Source: Tubulanus polymorphus (Eukaryota > Animalia > Nemertea). Taken from it: a stretch of 64,000 nucleotides of DNA. The translations under genes were made by a program, and so were the position numbers. Under the pieces are notes generated by a model. The model was given only the letters and a program-made list of their open reading frames with translations. It searched no databases and was not told where the DNA came from. The stretch's first letter is position 1. Every line of letters starts with the position of its first letter. Shown piece by piece: positions 36,873 to 49,822 of the stretch. The DNA lies in assembly GCF_964204645.1 (NCBI RefSeq), contig NC_134026.1, positions 27,314,150-27,378,149 on the forward strand, read 5' to 3'.

Positions 36873-39800
36873 GATGAATTATTAGCTTTAAAGAAACTTT
36901 TCTGACTTCATATTTCGTGATATCAGTGTGGTATTCTATCCCGAGTTGGATCTCCCTCGGTCCTCAATTGTCTTCCATACTCATGCACTAGATCATCCCC
37001 ACTTGTCACCGGCTGGAAGGAAAATATAGTTATTTTATTATTGCTGTACTGAGTCCATAGCAAATATAATATTGTTTGAGTTGATACTTCAGCGTAATCA
37101 ATGCTGGCTCCCATGATGAAGATTCGATATTATATGGCTATTTTAGATTCAGCGGCAAATACATAACATCCGATTAGTTTGATTACACAGTCGCAACAAA
37201 ATCGATGGAACTAATTGTGTTGAAACACTAGGTGCTAGCTAGACGAAAGTCCGTTCAATGTTTCAATCAATTTCCATTGATATGAAACTTGTGATTCATG
37301 AGGCTTCCTGGCCTTGGCTACAAGTAATACATGAATATCAAATCTGACGCCTTATTTCATTTGACCTGCCGATGATACTGTTCCATATAATGGAAATGAT
37401 GATGATATGCATAGATCCGAAAAGAATAAAGTCAGGTTTCTTTATATGCGAAACATACGTAGTTATACATATCACATGTACACACGTCATGATATTTCAT
37501 CAAAGGTAAGCCAATCTTCTTGATGATACACAAAATGCTGGGTCTATGGACATCAAATGCCTCGATTCTAATGAAGTTCGCCAGTTCGCCGTATACCGTG
37601 AATACTTTCATCTACTTTCACTACGACCATCATCATTTTTATTTCAAAAGCTCTGGGTAAATAACATGACATTTTACAGTCATATATTCATTTTTTACGA
37701 GTTACAGAAACTTCAGAAGAGTCGTTATAGGTACACAATTCTACAGCTGCGCGCTGGTAATAACAGATACGATTATACCTTAGAGACTTTGATATTTTTA
37801 GTATTCTACATAGATCGTAATGAAAGCTTTTATCTGAATGAATTAAAGCCTCAAGCGAGAAAAGAGTTGATGTTTAGTAAGAAAGCTCGAGCACTACACT
37901 GAGAGATACACAAGAGTTTTTGTCAAGGAATACATGTCATTTCCTCTCGATGTTCATATGCACATGAACATTCAGAAAATTCAGTACCGCGTCCAATCTT
38001 CGATCAAGCTGGTTGTCGTAGCTATTTCACTCTCGATACTATAATTAGTGGGAAGATACCGCTATTTCTACACGCCAGCAGTTATACATCGGATACTTCG
38101 TGACTCCGTATATCAGAGAGAATGGAATTAACTTTCCATATAATAACTTTGCTCGGAGTTACCAGAATTACCATATTACAAGATTCTGTGTGGTCACGCG
38201 TGGTCACAATGAAAGGTGAAAATTAAGAATGCGCCATAATGGATGAAATAATTACCGACAGGAGAATAGCAAAATTGTTACAGAATGAGTAAATTTGTTT
38301 AAATACCAAACCTCCTTGCTAAATCTTGTCTTGACAATTTGCAACACAGTTCGTGTGGAGGAGAATTATTCTCTCAAATTCAATCACCGTTATTTGTTTT
38401 ACATTAACATTTCATAAAAGGAATCATTTTTTCATTATTACGAAAGTAGTGGAACCTGTCCTAATATGTAAACAAGCCAAAAGGTCTGAACACACTTCAC
38501 TGATTAGGAAAGAGAAATTGCCTTTTATAGCAGACGTCAACTAAAAGCGCTAGAGCGGCATTTGCGATAACCAAATTATGGTAAAATATAGCTTGCAACT
38601 GTTGGGTAATGTCGTTTTCAAAGGTAGCAAATCCATCACCAGTACAATGATCTATCAGTGTAACAGTATAAAGGCAAACTATATTAAAGAAGCGTGTGAT
38701 GGTCGGTTTATATCCGGGATATACTAAGGAATGTCACAGCTTGAAGTTATTATAAATATTGATGTTGCAATTGATTTTGAAGCCGATATCGGGGCTATCA
38801 AATTTAGCTTCCGGCTAGAATTTGCAATGTGTTTAAAATCTGCGGAGTGATGTGCGTGATGCTCATGTTGACATAAATTCTCGAGATTAATAACCTTGAG
38901 GTCAATTTATGGGAAGGTAGTTATCCCACCAATAGTCGTTAGTCGTCTATGGTCAACGCGTATTCAGTTTAAGTTAATACCGAGCGCCCAAGTTCAAGCG
39001 TCAAGCGATAAAATGTCTTTCATCTGATAAAGTTGAGACAATAATTGAGAAGCCATCAATGATTTATCATGCAAATGCCCTCACTTCGAGTTACAAGTTT
39101 CAAATTATGAGATGTCATCGCCTGCGACTCAAGGGTTTCTTCTTCATCAACAGACGACAACATTTTCAACACTTTAATAATTGCCGAGAAAGATAGCGAA
39201 GACGTTACGTCTGCGAGGTTATATTCTACTTAGAATATTCAATTAAAGAACAGCACTGGTCGTGAATATCAGATTCATGGTATATCGCTCATCACAAAGT
39301 TATCATAAACTAATAGAAATAAAACTGCGCCAAGCGTGTCTTTAAAGTATTATGTCTATGAATTAAAAGGTCTCTAGAATATGATTGAAACCTGTGTCTC
39401 TTCACTTGTTCGATGTCTTGTTTTATGACATTTACCAGTGATTCCATTATGATAGTTATTCAGATCTATTTCCCTGTCTGATCCCAGGGGATTTAGTATG
39501 TTGCCATCAAATCCCACCGTTATTCCAACTGTCAAACATATGAATATTTCAATGATGTAAACATTGATTGTGCGTACAGTCAACTTTGATGTTCCGTGTT
39601 ACGAAATTGATGTTTTCTTGCGTCTATGAGTCTGATTTCAGTTACATCTGATTGACGAAGAAAAAAAGGACGTGTCAGAGGGATGTCTGAGGAAACGCAA
39701 TTATGCGTGCCCTAGGCAACGTTATCTCTACGTGCGATGTTAACCAGTCTTGGGTCATCGTTTCACTATTTCTCAAAAGATTACGAGATGGAAATGTTCG

Positions 39801-42606
39801 TGTAGATAACGCGATGTATTCCTTGAGCCTGTCAGGTGCTTTACGCGGAAATACTATCGGGTTATACCAGTGGGAATATGATGGATATTCATTTCTGGTG
39901 TTTACGGAAGCATAATCTGAAGCGTTGATCGCAATCAAACCGTCGTCTAAGTGCGATGCGCGATACGTAAATAAAAATATATCCAGCGTAAATGATATTA
40001 AGCAATGGAATAGCATTGAATTCGATTGTATTAATAACCAACATCATTAGATATATATGTCGTAAAAGAATGATAATCCTCTAATTTGACGTGAGCATGC
40101 TGAGCTTGAAAAACTGCTCTTGCTTCTTGCCCATGTCCTCTATTCTCAGCATGTGAACGAGCGTCAGCCTCAGTGAACTTTCCGATAATTGAGCAGTGTT
40201 TGCTGTGAAAAAGTTCCAGTTTGCCTGGAGATTAATTATTATTATTTCACAACGGTTTTCCAGTTGTTGCATTTAGCTCGCGGCGTGATAGTTTTCACTT
40301 TGCCAGTTTCTTGTTAATCTTGTTAACCAACGTCTCGCACGTAATGGGAGTGCAAAATGCGATTCATTTGATTTCTGTAACTGCTGAATGTAGTTTTATC
40401 GACACCCGCAGAAATTACTTTCTTTCTGATAATTGGAGGAAGTCCTGACCACGGTGTGTCTGTAAGAAAATCATCACACGACTACTAAGTGAACAGCATT
40501 TCAAAAAAAATCTACTTAAAAGATAATCAGCCGATTTCGTGACCTGTGAGAAAAGTGTAAATCACGAAATCATCATCGCAGCCCTGCTATTGACTACTTC
40601 GCATTGGTATTCATACGATCTGCCATCATCTAGCATTCTATTGACAGAAAGAGACTTTATTCTGGTCGTCATAGACTTCCAAATCGTGTTTACTTCAGTG
40701 GTTATCGACCACGTGAATAAAATGACAAGGACGTCTGGCGATATTTCCCTCATTCATGGTATGTGACATGACAAAATTCAATTTATCAGGTGAATCTCGT
40801 AGTTCGATTTTTGCATACGTCAAGTGAAATGATATTGCGCCCTGAAAGTTACAATATGCCATGATATAAAAGTCTCTTGAATCACCGATAAATATTTTAT
40901 CGCTGGTTGATTAAGTGACAGTAGGCCCCTACTGATTTGCTTTTGTTGCGCTCTTCCCAGAAGCTTCAGTGAGCACGTAATATTTGATCATTTCCTATTC
41001 ACAACATTGACCCGAATTGAAAATGCAACTTGATTTTCATTTTGATAAATGTTAATTGTATGAAATATATCAGACGGAACCAAATACTGATTATTCGTGA
41101 CTAGACGCACAGATGATTCAAAATTGATGAACCTCTTTAAACATGTTTTCTAATGGGAATAAGCATATTGAGATTTATTACCATCATTAGCGGATTTCCT
41201 GTCATAAAGGCTGATTTAACATTATGTTTGGTTTGGCAATCGCTATTAACGAGTCGCCTAGTTTACTTTATGGTTACAGATTTTGTATAAAACATATGCA
41301 TATATGACGTTATTTCAGATTTCGTATTTTCGACTAAACTATGACCGCAGCGATTTAAGGATGTTGAATCCGCAGATTTCAGCAACAACTACGGAGAAGG
41401 ATTTTTCGATACTGTGTATGGTAATACATACTGAGTGTATAAACTGCGTCTTCTCTAATAACATGCACTTGTAAAGGAAGCCGTTATGTCTGAACCGGGG
41501 AAGTTCCCCACTCGTTCATTGTGTCCACATCTTGTCATTCTACTGAAGATGTTGACGGTCTTGCTTATCTGAGTGGATTGATTATCACAGTACAGTACTA
41601 GTCGTGTAATTCCTGTAAGGCATTTATTTTACAAAGAAGTAGAATCGTATTCGTCTGTTCAGCTTCACGTTTTTCTAGGGTGTAAGATTCTCCTTCCGTA
41701 AATCCAGTGAAGTTATATTGAGGAGAAAGGTCTATCGGCTACATCTCTTTTTCTAAGATTCAGATGTCGAAATATAATTTCGCATTGGGTTAATGCACCT
41801 AAAGCCCTTGTGTAATCAATTTATTATTCCAAGGTATATATAATCTTCTCACTCGCAGGTCTTCCAAAGGGATCAATGTATAGAATGAACAGGAACTGTC
41901 TTAATGAAGATATCGGTTTAGCCTTTGGTATTTCAAATTGCCTCGAAAGATTCACCAGAGCAGCTGACAAATAAATAAACAGTTGTGCAAATTAGATTCG
42001 ACTAGACCCCAGGTGGTGAACTCAGTGCATTCTCCAGCGTAAGATTACTTAGGAAAATGTGTATGAAATGTGATTTGTCACGACGTAAATAACCTTTAAA
42101 TCTAAGAATCTAATTGCATTATCCAGTTCTTCAATTGAATTCTACGTGTATTCTATTCCCATGCGCAACCCGACTACTAATGCGAAACAATTCAATGTTT
42201 GCACACAATTGATTGGTTTGACGTAAACAACGAGTTTTACAAGGTGGATTCATGGGATGAATAATTAATAAATGCTGATGTATTCAATGACACACAATGT
42301 ACAGAAATATATCAACCGCGGTGAAAAACAATTCGAACATGAAGCCGTGTTATTTGCGCGGTTCGATATAGTCGGCAGGTTTTTTCCTCAAAAGCTGAAC
42401 ATGTATTGAGGTGTTTCTAGATCTTGATGTAATCGATGTAATGGACTTTATTTATAGAATATCAAACGTGCGAGAAACTGACATCAACCAAGTCCTGCAG
42501 GCTGGCGTATTTAAAAAAATAGTATCCCGTTAATAACACTACATCAGAAATAGTTTAAAAAAAGAATCAACATTACCATCTAGAGATCAATGTTGTATAC
42601 ATAGAA

Positions 42607-42760
42607 AGTGGAACCTCGTTGTAACGAGCTCCGGATATGACGGTAATCTATCGGTAACCTAGAATTTCGTACCAAGCAATTTCATACTGAATACAACGAA
42701 CTGTCGGTTATAACAAACAGTATGTTCTAGTCCCCTAAAGTTCGTAACAAAATTCCACTG
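42607..42760. mobile_element. Degenerate Tc1/mariner (pogo-like) MITE
   Basis: Imperfect TIRs agtggaacctcgttgtaacgag / gttcgtaacaaaattccactg. Confidence 0.5.
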
Positions 42761-44652
42761 AAGTAACATCCTCTGTCTGCAAGGAATTTCTTGCTGGCAT
42801 TATCGACATCTTTTTTTCGTTGTGGTCAGCAGATTTTTAATAACTACAGCACTTGTATGTATCGATTATAGCAAACCTAAATCCATTAATACACGCAATC
42901 TCCGTTGCCGAAATCCAGATCGAGAATATCCTAATCTCAATGCCATTCGAGCTACCATGTCCGACAAATGATAATTATGTTGTCTAGTCCATCCATAATC
43001 CTCATTCCTCGAGTAATGTCTGATATTTAGACAATCAGGCCATCACAAAGAAGTTTAATGCATTTAAGCATGGTGCCACAACTAGATGCTGTCATTTTAA
43101 GTTTCTGTCAGAAAAAAACTACAACAACGGAACCCAATAAAGAAGCAAAATTACGAGTAAGATTAATTTGATTAAAAAACACTCATGTGTTTATTACATC
43201 TTATATACATAGTATAAAAAAATAAATTTCCAAATAGTTTATAAATGCAATCTCCACTAAAACAATCTGTAGGCAATTGACTGTCCTGAAACAAATAAAC
43301 AAAATGGTGAGATTTTTGTTTTATTTTACTCAATATCAAGTGCAACACTTACATCAAAACTTCACAAATAAAATAGATGTATTTTTCATAGAACTTCTGT
43401 GTAATGTCTCTCATTATAGAACTCATGTGCGAGATAAATTTTTGTTCATGTATTTGTAAATGTTTTTACCTTCTTTATGAATTTACAATAATATATTACC
43501 TTTTAGAACAATTTTCAACGTTTCCAATTCCTCATCATTATGTGGGTAGAAGTGTCTTTTAAATCAATAATTATAAAGTTTAAATTAATTGTGATGAAAT
43601 GACAGATTCAGCTATGGGTTGGACAGACATCAAATATTTGAATATCAACCCAACTTTGTCCTCATATTAAAATCCACATCTTTCAATAGGAATACATATG
43701 TTATATATTGGCATATGTTGCAAAAATGGAAATAGACCTAAAACTACGCAAGTCAAAGGAAATTCTAGATCACACGTCTGAATGATTATGGATGACACCA
43801 GATTCAAATGACTTCTATTGTGGTCATTGAACAAGCTTGTCCAACTCGTCACTTATTCAAATTTAACAACGAATGTTAGCTCAAATGCAGGATGATTTAC
43901 ATAAGACAAAGCATTAACTTTTTAAATACGATTAAATTTCAACCTAATCTTAAATTTGAGACTTTTGTTTCGGCACGACTTCCGTCTGGTAACGAGATTA
44001 TTTACCCCAGTCATGAGTTTAGACAAGCTTATTTTTTTAAACTCTAGCAAAGAAAGCAAAATAAGTGAGATATTATATCAAAACAATTACAGTTTATTTT
44101 AATTACAATTAAAAACACTACATGTATATGACATTCGATCCACGAAGCAACATTATAATTATATGACGATAAAATCAAAAATTTATCATAATTTTATGAT
44201 CAAAAGATTTAACTGATTCAATTTAAACGCATAAATTATGTGTTCATATTCTCACAAACAACAATAGAATTTAACGTAAAAATTATCATTTTATGCAATT
44301 TTGGTTATATTTGAACTGGGGTATAGTGATATAAAATATTTATGGTTATATCCGATATTATTAGAAGTCTCTTTTACACGAATATTTTCATACTTATGAT
44401 ACAATACACATAGATCCACTAACTGCGGATATCAGTCTTCGACATTTTTTTTTTTCTAGTATGATTGGTTGATGATAGAAAGTTTATATAAAATTGAACT
44501 CTGTTTAATGTTTTGAGTAAGCTGTTAGGATCTGAAGTGTGAAGTTTTTCTTTAATTGTTTGTCCGGACGAAAGGTACATAAATGTATACACTTGCTAAT
44601 ACCTTAAAACATGATCTGGACAACATCACTACCCTTCTCACTACTGTTTTGT

Positions 44653-47600
44653 TCAGTAAGCCGGTCGAGGGTAAGGATGAGCTCGGTAATCAGTCTTCGG
44701 TGGCCGAGACGGGGGTGGTGCCTTTGTCGCTGCTGATGGTCGGGTCCAAGTTTCACCTAGAAATAAAAACATGACGAATTCTCTTTAAACCCATGAATAA
44801 TTTATGCGAATGTCAATATTTTCAGTAGTTCTACATGTGAAACTAAACTAACTAAATGCATATACGAGTAACATATGCCAATAGTCAAGGTGCCACACTA
44901 TTTTGGAAGATGTTACAATTCACGATGAATTAATATCTGAATACGATTTTCCAGACCTCAATCTACTGCTATTGTACAATTATCTTCCACCAATTCTCTT
45001 AATTCAAAAGTCAATATATTCCAGTTATCTTAAGGAGATGAACTCTTCACAAGTAACACATGTGAGCAGCCAAGATGTGACACATGTGAGCAGCCAAGAT
45101 GTGCCACGATATTTTCGACCATATGTCGTATAACAAAGAATTAACATCTGACTGAAAATCCAGCAGATCTTAATCTACTATAATTATAATACCATCTCTC
45201 ATGGATCTACTCGACAATGCACATTCATGATAAACTGACGGTTAAATACACCATAACACAATCAAATGATGATATAGGTGGTGGTGATACATATGTACCA
45301 AAGACTGGAGACTGGGCACGAGAATTAGTGAAATCTCAGCACAGCACTATGGCCCTGGATTATTTAATTTCAGGTATAAGAAGTTAAGTGAATGACCAGT
45401 AAGACAAGTAAAACACAAGCTCAGTTGATCACAATACGGTATTCTGCCGCACACTCGCTTCATACCCACGCCAGTATAGATAATCACATATCACTCTATA
45501 ATACAATGTGTGTATAATATGTACCAAAGACTGGAGACTGGGCACGAGAATTAGTGAAATCTCAGCACAGCACTATGGCCCTGGATTATTTAATTTCAGG
45601 TATAAGAAGTTAAGTGAATGACCAGTAAGACAAGTAAAACACAAGCTCAGTTGATCACAATACGGCATTTTGCCGCACACTCGCTTCATACCCACGCCAG
45701 TATAGATAATCACATATCACGCTATAATACACGTGTGTATAAAATGTACCAAAGACTGGAGACTGGGCACGAGAATTAGTGAAATCTCAACACAGCACTA
45801 TGACCCTGGTTTCTTAATTTCAGGTATAAGAAGTAAAGTGAATGACCAGTAAGACAAGTAAAACACAAGCTCAGTTGATCACAATACGGCATTCAGTCGC
45901 ACACTCGCTTCAAACCCTTACTAGACAGTAAATGATGAATATATGCTTACCATAGGAATCATAACCGCGACCTTGACCATGCCCATAATCATAATACTCA
46001 TCCCTGTAAGCAAATACAGCGACTTCAATCACAGCAGACAAGTAGTGAATAAAAACGAGACAAGAAGATACACAATATCCGTGTAAGATGATAACGAGAG
46101 AAATCCCACAATAAAATACAGCCAAAACGAGAAATTTTGATAGAAGAGTATATATATTTGCACAACGTTTTGGCTAAAGACTATTAGCCATCATCAGTAT
46201 GCGTTTTGGCTGAATTTATTGTGAGATTTCTCTCGTTATCGTTAGTGAATAAAAAGTTTATAAATGAATAATAATAAGTGGGAACTAACGTTTGAGAATA
46301 GCCAGCATCGTAACTGTCATACACAGCTTCAGCTCCATAGTCTTCATACGCCTGAAAATACACAATATGAGCAGTTTGCAAACAAAATGTACAGCGAATA
46401 CTATCTGTCAGTTGTTCATCACATTTCAGTTTTTACTTACGTATTCTTCTTCATATCTAGGCGCAGGCACTGGAGGGGCTCGAGCTGGGGCAGGCCTTAC
46501 AGCGCCACGTCCTCTTACAGCTGGTGGAGTACCACTAATATAAATCAAAATATACATTATAGTTGTAATAATAAATCACACATCAAAGCATTGTTTCTAA
46601 CAAATCGAAAGGACTTACCGTCCTCTAGCACCAGGAGTTGCTAGTAGACTACCTCTAGCAGGAGTTACAGGAGGACGACCTCTACCTCGTCCACGTACAG
46701 GAGTACTAACTGGCGCATGTTGAGCTCCTCGAGGAGGACCTGTGTGCGACGATCCAATTCCCTGTTGATCTCCATTATAATACGCCAGTTCTTCCAGTTG
46801 TTGTTGCCTGATATCATCATTCAGTTCCTAATTAAAACAGAAATGCCAGATTTGTGAAAACTGCTTGAGTACACCTGAAACACAAATCGATATGAGAGCT
46901 AATTCTACTCACTGGAATGAGATAACGCTTAAGCTCTGACAAAGCATGGGCTAATCTGGAATGAGCCTCTGCTGGAGGTGCATATACTTCTACTTGAACA
47001 TGTAACTCTTCACTTAAATGTGCATATTTTCCACCTTCTTTTCGTTGTTCTTCTTCCTGTTTTCAAATGAAGTTATCATAAGTCAATGAAAAACATGTAC
47101 TTATAATTTCTAGCTCTAAAACAATAACCGCACACATAATGTGACTGGGTATTCATCATAGCTGGTTTAGTATACCAATCATGGCTCTAAAAAATTTTAA
47201 AAGTTTATTCTAACCTTATCCTTATCCCTCATCGATCCTTTTCCTAATATAGCCATACGGGTGAGAGTACCTTCCTGCAGTCGTTTGAATGTGTGACCTT
47301 TTGGACCCAACAGTTTCCCAACAAAGTTGAACTGAAAATCAAAAACAAAACTTTTATGAATTTATCTTTCTACATAGGTAGAAATCTTTACTAATGAAGC
47401 ATGTCTGTTATCATGCTACCTAATGCCAACTACATTCCCATTATTATTCTAGTTATTAGACGAACCCGTTGAAACAAGGTCCAAAATGTTTTATATTTTA
47501 AGCGAATGTTTTAGATTAAATTCTTTTAGTGTCTATCATCGATTAAAATATACACCCTAACATATATATGTTAATTAAGGAGAAATTACTTTTTAAACTG

Positions 47601-49225
47601 AAAAAAAAAGAATATAATCCAAACAAAATTTAGAATAGATTTTAATGATATTCATTCTACAATCAGCACAACACCTATTATTTTATAAGTCCTCCACTTA
47701 CTTTTGGAAACTGTTTTACAGGAATAGATATTTTTTCAACTATTTTGATAGGTTTATCAGATATTAAATCGATGTGTGCCTTAGAAGACTCTGTACTTTG
47801 TTGCGTTGTATTTGACGCTCCATTTTCATGTTTCACTTGCCCATGCATGTTGTCTGAAATGTAAATTTCTAATTCTTGTGACCCTTACTCGGCAAGCTGA
47901 ATGAACTTTTTAGACAAAGATTATCATCAAGCTGGTCTTCTTTTTTATTACTATGAACTTCACATTTTTAAGCCATTTTTTGAACTCATAAATGGTAAAA
48001 TAGAGCTTACTAATTTTATCAATGAACAAGTAGGCCCTACCTAACAAATAATTAGACACAAATAATTCATTAAGACACAAATGATTTAATTTTACACTTT
48101 TATAATATTTTATTATTTCATCTTGCTTGTTTACTGGTAAATACATATTCGAATTTAACCAAAACAAACTAAATTAAAAACTTGACCTTTTCTGAAGCTA
48201 GGTTCTGCCGTTATTTTAAGCAAATTTTTGAGAAAACATTATAATTTTTACACCTCTAAAATTATCTAGAAAATGACACATCTGAAATGCATATAACTCT
48301 TTGAAAATTGCATTATCAATTCATATCATGGGACCCCATTTTATACATGCCTAACTGAAACTCAAAAACCTGACAGTGCTTTGCTTTCCAACGTGTAGCA
48401 GGGCGTTTTAAAAATCCAAAGGGCCGGTTCAGGTTACTAAAACATCATTTAAGCCTCAAAATGCCATGGCAAGCATTATAGATACCTATAGCCATAGAAC
48501 TCACAGTAATGATGATATTACTTTCTGAAGGATTCATCAATTTCAACAAGAACAAGGGATTATTTTAGTTTTGAAATTGGATACCTTGCATGACAGAAAC
48601 TGTTAATTTCAAGTACCGGTAACAGTAATAAAAGTGAAAACAATAAAAACCAGACAAAATTAGCCTAAAATCAAGTTTAATGATAACCTAGTATTATAGG
48701 GACTACAATTACAACAATGTTACCAACTTCAATGATAGCCAGATATCGTCGTCTATGCATTATATCCTGACACTGCACCCAATACCGTTTCACTAACTCA
48801 AGAGACAAACGGTCTCACACACACAGTCAGCGGACTGTCGTCACAACAATAGCTGAGGGTGAAAATTCAAGATGCGACACGTCACGGTATTATACACTGT
48901 TTACTTATAGGTAGTACCTAAGATACTGTGTCGCATCTATGAATCTGGGATCATCCCCAGCTATCCTGGCAAGCGACAAATAACGCCGGGTAAAACATTA
49001 AATATCACGAGGTGGAGGCGTGTGTGTAGTGTGTACGACACCCGACCCGATTCAGTTGCCGAAGGGAACAACTCCAAATAAAAACACTCAGCAATACATT
49101 CTACAACGAAATCCATTAAAGACGGTAAAATAATTCCTACCTAATCCTTGCTGGGAAGAATATGAACCGTAACCTTGTTGATTATCATCCATTTCATCGA
49201 CCGCGTTCGACCACGAAGAATTCAT
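44653..49225 (-). CDS. KHDRBS: STAR-family KH RNA-binding protein, Sam68/SLM (KHDRBS)-like, 339 aa
   Basis: Exons 49225-49141, 47853-47702, 47331-47215, 47056-46913, 46827-46619, 46534-46441, 46351-46290, 46003-45951, 44756-44653; total 1020 nt. [20 protein letters not shown] (KH GxxG), [13 protein letters not shown]2 [13 protein letters not shown] boxes, Tyr-rich [13 protein letters not shown]-like [16 protein letters not shown]. Confidence 0.93.
45057..45104 (+). repeat. 24-bp tandem duplication
   Basis: cacatgtgagcagccaagatgtg(a/c) x2 in KHDRBS intron 8. Confidence 0.85.
45295..45917 (+). repeat. ~225-bp tandem repeat, ~2.75 copies, in KHDRBS intron 8
   Basis: Units start gtaccaaagactggagactggg at 45295, 45521 and 45746 and are near-identical; an inverted monomer lies at 3045-3253. 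Confidence 0.95.
46090..46240 (-). mobile_element. Penelope-like pLTR fragment with inverted duplication and inactivated hammerhead
   Basis: 46092-46197 matches 22827-22933; 46202-46240 is an inverted copy of 46090-46130 (PLE-typical inversion); core GAAA is changed to AAAA. Confidence 0.75.
48849..48964. repeat. Imperfect inverted repeat/hairpin (MITE-like) in KHDRBS intron 1
   Basis: atagctgagggtga..attca.agatgcgacac / gtgtcgcatct..tgaat..tcatccccagctat. Confidence 0.65.
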
Positions 49226-49486
49226 CGTCAACTAAAACTGCACGCCTTCTGACACCGATATATCTATATGTACCACGCGCCCCGGATGTATTGTTACGTA
49301 GATAAAATATAGTGCGCTACAAAATTTGAATTATGATATAAATATTACACAAACTTTCACAATCTGACTTGATTTAGTCAATTAATATATACATTATGTC
49401 ATTTTCAAATGAATAGTAGGTATTAATTGGCAAAATAGCTGATTTGATGAATAGTGCAGGGTGCGCGTAGCAATTTATCACGCAAT

Positions 49487-49505
49487 TCGACACTAGATGT
49501 CAGCA
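49487..49505 (+). promoter_or_regulatory. CTCF-like motif between the divergent KHDRBS and LDLa-A starts
   Basis: tcgacactagatgtcagca; near-identical to the reverse complement of 17336-17354. Confidence 0.45.
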
Positions 49506-49822
49506 TATTCCGTTAAGACTAGACCACTCGCTTGCCAAAGTTGACAAAAAGTCACATTGGGAATGCGGTGGCGGCCCGGGGCGGGTGGAAAATCGAATAA
49601 CCTGACGAAATTTGCATTTGATTATGCCTTTCGGTGTGTTTTTTGTTATTCTCAATTTTAAAAATATGTTTGCTTACAAATAAACACGGGGTGTGGTACT
49701 CAAAATAAAGCGTGTGAAGTTTCACAAAAAAGACATCAAACATTGACTGACTAGGCCGGCTACCGGAGATGCAGTTGCTCGTTGTCTTGTCTCGTTGATT
49801 TTTAAAACGCAAAGTATCACTC

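Noticed and set aside
37546-37902. 118-aa plus-strand ORF
   Set aside because: AT-rich F/Y/L/I/K composition typical of non-coding DNA; no motif or splice support.
45295-45917. CRISPR-like interpretation of the tandem array
   Set aside because: Whole units repeat without unique spacers; eukaryotic intron; no cas genes.
47888-47952. Possible QUA1-like mini-exon ([11 protein letters not shown]) in KHDRBS intron 1
   Set aside because: Would leave a ~35-nt intron, has an incompatible phase and weak similarity.
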